NCBI GenBank assembly: GCA_965178125.1
Contig: OZ237739.1
Location: 868,001-932,000 of the forward strand
DNA from: Bilabrum cf. latius
Lineage: Eukaryota
DNA: 64,000 nt
Reading direction: 5' to 3'
Position 1 is the first letter of the stretch; each line of letters starts with the position of its first letter. A model generated the notes under the pieces. That model made no database searches. It had not been told where the DNA came from and was given only the letters and a program-made list of their open reading frames with translations. Below, piece by piece: positions 60,174 through 64,000 of this stretch. The translations under genes and the position numbers were made by a program.

Positions 60174-63100
60174 ATGGGGAGAATTACCGTGTTTATCAAG
60201 CCTGATTGTAAGTATTGCGATAAATTGAAATCAATTTTGATTCAATCAATCAGGACGCACGTAATTCCCGCCCAGGAAGCCAGTAAAAGGGCCCAAGCTG
60301 ACAGAGCTTCGAATGCCGCAAGCGGCATAACCAGCGAACCAGAAGCGGCTGCTGGTACTGAAACCGAAAAACCAACGGCGTTTTATGGAATCTAGCTTGT
60401 CACCATCGACGTCTCGTTGGATACCGCCAGGTCGAAGCAGTGTATGCAGCTGTCAGGCAGCCGGACGGTGCCGCAAATGTTTTTCCAAGATGAGTACATG
60501 GGAACAGATAGAACAGTCGGTATTTTTGCGTAGTGTGGAACACTTCGAGCCCGTCTGTTGCAGTTAGCAAGGTGAGATGGATAGCACAGTGGTGCAGAGC
60601 CGCGAGGTGTTTTGCTCATCCACAACTCTTGGTGCGGATTTCTTCCTTCCTCGATTTTGCCATTCGCAGCGAGCCCCACATGGATACATTTCCCCCTGCT
60701 CCACTGGCAGAGGTTGTGAAGGTTTCGGAAGACTCTGCGTTTTCGAGCTAGCCGACTCTGCGGCAAGTTCGAGGCCTGCGGCAGTGGGGCTTCAAGACCG
60801 TCATCAACCTGTCCCATCCGCGCGAGCAGAGCTTTCTGCGCTCCGAGGGAGTCGTTTGTCGCAGCACTGGCATCGATTACTTATCAATACCGCCGTCGAA
60901 AGCCCCCGTGTTCCCCCTGGCCCACGTCGAAGTGGACCTGCTTCCAAGCATCTCGATGCCCACCCCACCTAGCTTGCCGGGCACGCGAGACCCCGGCACG
61001 TCCTCTACTGCATGTGCCAAGGCTTCCAAAGATGGAAATGCTTCAGCATCTACGCTCACGGCCCCATCAGGACCAAGAAGTCGCGTGCACAGCGCAGGTG
61101 ATGTGAGCTCCAGCCCGCCCAGCCCTGGCGCAGCGTCGGACGGGCGATTAGAGGGCTCACAGCAGGCAAGTGGGCATTGCATGCCACCAAGCGGAGAGCC
61201 AGCTCACCACCCGACACCAAGCGGGGAGCCGTCCACTCGATGCACAGGGTCAGAAGGCCCCGCTGCCACCGACCGATGCGGAGGATCGGCACTCCAAGAT
61301 ACAGTGGCACGCGTGGACGGAGGGAGCTGCACAGGTCCAGCTCGATTGGGCGGTCAAGAGCAGCGAGATATCGCTGGAGATAGATCCATAGCAGGCCCAG
61401 GAGCGCAATGTGACAGTGATATCAGAGAGTCGTGTGACGAGGGGGCAGCAGGCCGTGCAATTGACGTGTCCCGGGACCCGGCCGGAGGGAGCGATTCGGG
61501 CCCAGGGCCAAGCGTTGGAGTGGACAACCTCCCGTGCACAACACCCGAGGGGGACACGTGCACCGGGTAGGATGCAGTGTCCGGGCAGTGCGTCAAGATG
61601 GAGGAACACAGACAGCTGACAAGGGGTGTCACAGTGACGCAGATCGATTCCAGTACCCCGATCGAAACTGACCACCCGATTCCCGCGCTCCAATGCAGCC
61701 AGAGCAACCCGTGTCCGGCCCCGGGGGAAGTGCCGCCGTCCGCCGTTGTAAAAGCACTGACGCCAGTTCCCGCAGTGCCTGTGCGTGGTGAAGCACCCAC
61801 TCGTGCTCCCGCGGTCTCGACTCGGTCCTAGCTGGAAGCCGGCCTTCGCGGCGATTTGGCTGGGCCTTCTGGCAGTACATGCAAGCGACCCGCTAGCGAT
61901 GGAAACGAGTCGGACAGCTGCTCTGGTCCCGAGTGCGCCTCAGAAGCCCATGCCTTGAGCCAAGACGGGCGGCCTACCACACCGGGTGCCTCAGAAGGCG
62001 GCTACGCGAAGGCTGACCTCGGCGGTCAGGACAGTTCCTGCGAGGCTCGGAGCCTGCATGGTTCAGGGCGCTGGGACCGGGACACAGACGCATCCCATGA
62101 AGACAAGAGCGCCCGGGGCAAGGTAGCCCGAGGTGACGCTGCATCTCCGGCCCTGCGGGCAGGCATGCCCGAGCTGACACCGCTTGCGGGACCGCGTGCC
62201 ATGTCGGGGCACGAGGACGATCTCGCGCTGCCTGGCGCTGCCTCGCTCGCCTTGCCACCGGCCGGTGACGGTAGCAACGCCCAGCCAAGCGAGTACGCTC
62301 GATCGGACGGTGGTCGCGAATCCCAATCCCCCGGGGGTCAGGCGCAGCCTTCCTCCAGATAGGACGCCCGATGGGGCAAGGGACTCCCGCACGGGCTGCT
62401 GCAGCGAGGCGTGGCTCACGCAGTGTCCAGGACCAGCTCGTATGGAGCCAAGCAAGTGGCAAGGGCGGCGGCGGGGGCGGGTCCATCGCCCCAAACATCG
62501 ACTGCAACGCCACCTGGCCCGAGTGGCAGTGACGTGCGCAGGCAGCGGAGTCGCTCTGTTGGCGAGCTGGGCCAGGCAGCCGCCGCGATCGGGCTGCGGA
62601 TGGGTCGAATCCGGCACCGAGGGGCTGTCATGGAGGTGCCTGCGGACGAGTATGCCCTGAGGAGCGGGGCCGTTGCGTTCGGTATCTCTCTCACCGAGGC
62701 TGTGCGGAGGCCGCAAGGCCCAAGCAGCGAAGGCGGTGCCGTGGGTGCTAGTACTGGCGTGTCTATAAAGGACCGCTTCGGCAGAAGCACAGGCGTGGGC
62801 GCACGAGTAGTGGCCTAGCCTCAAGGCGATCCGACTGGCCTACTGGCCCCTACTGGGGACTCTGGTGCTCCTAACACCCATGCGGTGGCCGAGGGCTCAC
62901 AGGGTGAAGGTGAAGGCTCCCTTGCCGGTGGAGGCTCCGAGGGCGGGTGCACCGAGGGCACGGGCACCAGCGGCGGGGAGCGGGCCACTTTGGCCACCAG
63001 CATGACGGAAGTGTCCAGGGTGTGGGAGTTTGCCGCTGGGGATCTAGGGGGGCGCGGTGATCCGGGGGACCAGGCGTGGACGGCTGCGTGGGCGGAGCGT

Positions 63101-63427
63101 GTGCTGGAGCAGCTGGAGGCGGTGCCGAAGCCTGTCCTGGTCCACTGCCAGACGGGCGCGGCGGCGTGCTGCGTGTGTCTCCTGCGAGCCGCGAGGAAGC
63201 TTGGCGCCAAGCCGAAGCAGGTGCACAAGTGGTCAAGGGATCTGGGTCACTCGCTTGCAGGCCACAGCGACCTTGAGCTCGTCGTTTCCGAGATCCTCAA
63301 GCCAGCGAACCCCGAGATCCTCAAGCCAGCGAACCCCGCGACAGCCGAGATCGCTGCTGCCAGTAGTGATGCCTCTGACGCAGCCAAGAGACCTGCGACC
63401 GGAGTGCGCCCCGTGCAAGGAAGCTGA
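60174..63427 (+). CDS. Glutaredoxin fused to a split DUF442/PTP-fold (sulfurtransferase/phosphatase-like) domain, ~1051 aa
   Basis: KPDCKYC and TVPQMF (glutaredoxin). Intron at 60572-60669. SS(Q)PT..GFKTVINL..E..GIDYLSIP and, ~720 aa later, PKPVLVHCQTG. Ends TGA. Confidence 0.8.
63290..63337 (+). repeat. 24-bp perfect tandem duplication (EILKPANP x2)
   Basis: Seen directly. Confidence 0.92.
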
Positions 63428-63504
63428 TCTAGTGTTGTGTGGTATACTAATGCTGTGTTATCTGCCTGCATGGCCATGATTGCTTGCAGTTTGCAGACTG
63501 TGCA

Positions 63505-64000
63505 TCAAGTCGACATGCCCGCAGATCCGCCCCCGGCCCCACCAGAAGCCGCACCCTCCGCTTCTGAGCTCTCAGCCGCAGCCGCAACAGGTTTGATTCC
63601 GGCTACTCTTCGTTTGTCTCGCTCGCCGCACCATGCCTTCACCCATGCCTTCAAGCGATCGATGTTCGCTCTCTGGTCGCCAATGCTCTCGCTTTTCACC
63701 GTATGAACGACACCTTCTGCAAATGCTTCCCTGGCCTCATCTTCACACACGTTCATGATTTCTGCCGTCACATTCTCTTCTACCTTTGTCTTGGAATAGC
63801 CCCGTGCCTTCAGCCGATCGAAAACCGCAGTGTTGCCAGCTTTCAATACTAGGACCAGATCGAACCATCGTTCTGGGAAAAGCTCGCTCGAATGGAAATC
63901 TACGATATTTCCTCCCTTGATGCCTGACATGGAAGGCTCCATTTCGTCAAGTAGTCTGTCTTCAGCATCCTCGTCGAGGACGTGAGTATCAAATGTTTTA
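63505..64000 (-). CDS. AK6: Adenylate kinase 6 / Fap7 / CINAP; 5'-partial
   Basis: LDED..DRLLDEME, GGNIVDFHSSELFPERWFDLVLVL and DRLKARGY..KVEENVTAEI. Ends TGA. Confidence 0.93.
   Translation of the reverse strand, partial: KTFDTHVLDEDAEDRLLDEMEPSMSGIKGGNIVDFHSSELFPERWFDLVLVLKAGNTAVFDRLKARGYSKTKVEENVTAEIMNVCEDEAREAFAEGVVHTVKSESIGDQRANIDRLKAWVKAWCGERDKRRVAGIKPVAAAAESSEAEGAASGGAGGGSAGMST

Noticed and set aside
19741-63427. A sulfur-metabolism gene cluster (ATP sulfurylase-like, sulfatase, Grx-DUF442)
   Set aside because: The genes are spread over ~44 kb among unrelated genes, so chance is sufficient.
1-64000. Mass pseudogenisation or RIP-like C-to-T mutation as the source of the TAGs
   Set aside because: CpA-to-TpA damage should also create TAA from CAA, and decay should give frameshifts and TGA. 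None were seen, and conserved single-copy genes are affected.
1-64000. TAG as pyrrolysine, or Trp via A-to-I editing
   Set aside because: TAG is far too frequent, occurs in unrelated proteins and sits in Gln-like contexts. U-to-C editing cannot be excluded from DNA alone but would need a very large number of sites.
1-64000. Numerous long antisense and alternate-frame ORFs in the track
   Set aside because: These are expected shadows of GC-rich coding sequence, with no recognisable motifs.

Overview
Gene-dense, GC-rich eukaryotic nuclear DNA. A tubular-mastigoneme EGF gene points to a flagellated stramenopile; a Cafeteria-like bicosoecid is my inference from style only. The main result is that the window does not appear to use the standard genetic code. 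Nearly every gene is broken by in-frame TAG codons, and I saw no internal TAA, internal TGA or frameshift. Reading TAG as sense merges the supplied ORF fragments into about 19 coherent genes ending in TGA (16 cases) or TAA (2 cases). Poly-Gln tracts, an internal TAG/CAG repeat pair and conserved family positions indicate UAG = Gln, with UAA apparently not reassigned. Genes recovered under this code: RBBP5/Swd1-like WD40 protein, OST3/OST6-family subunit, SDR, ~2740-aa coiled-coil protein with a 708-bp internal repeat, a duplicated cassette of double-bZIP-basic-region genes, a membrane-anchored degenerate ATP sulfurylase/APS kinase/sulfotransferase-like fusion, a pseudokinase, a Zn2Cys6 factor, a WW-methyltransferase-ankyrin protein, a sulfatase, a mastigoneme protein, an MFS transporter, an acidic Trp-motif protein, a ~4000-aa AP2-domain protein, a glutaredoxin-DUF442 fusion and AK6. 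Family assignments come from motif recognition by eye, with no database searches. Several start codons are uncertain.
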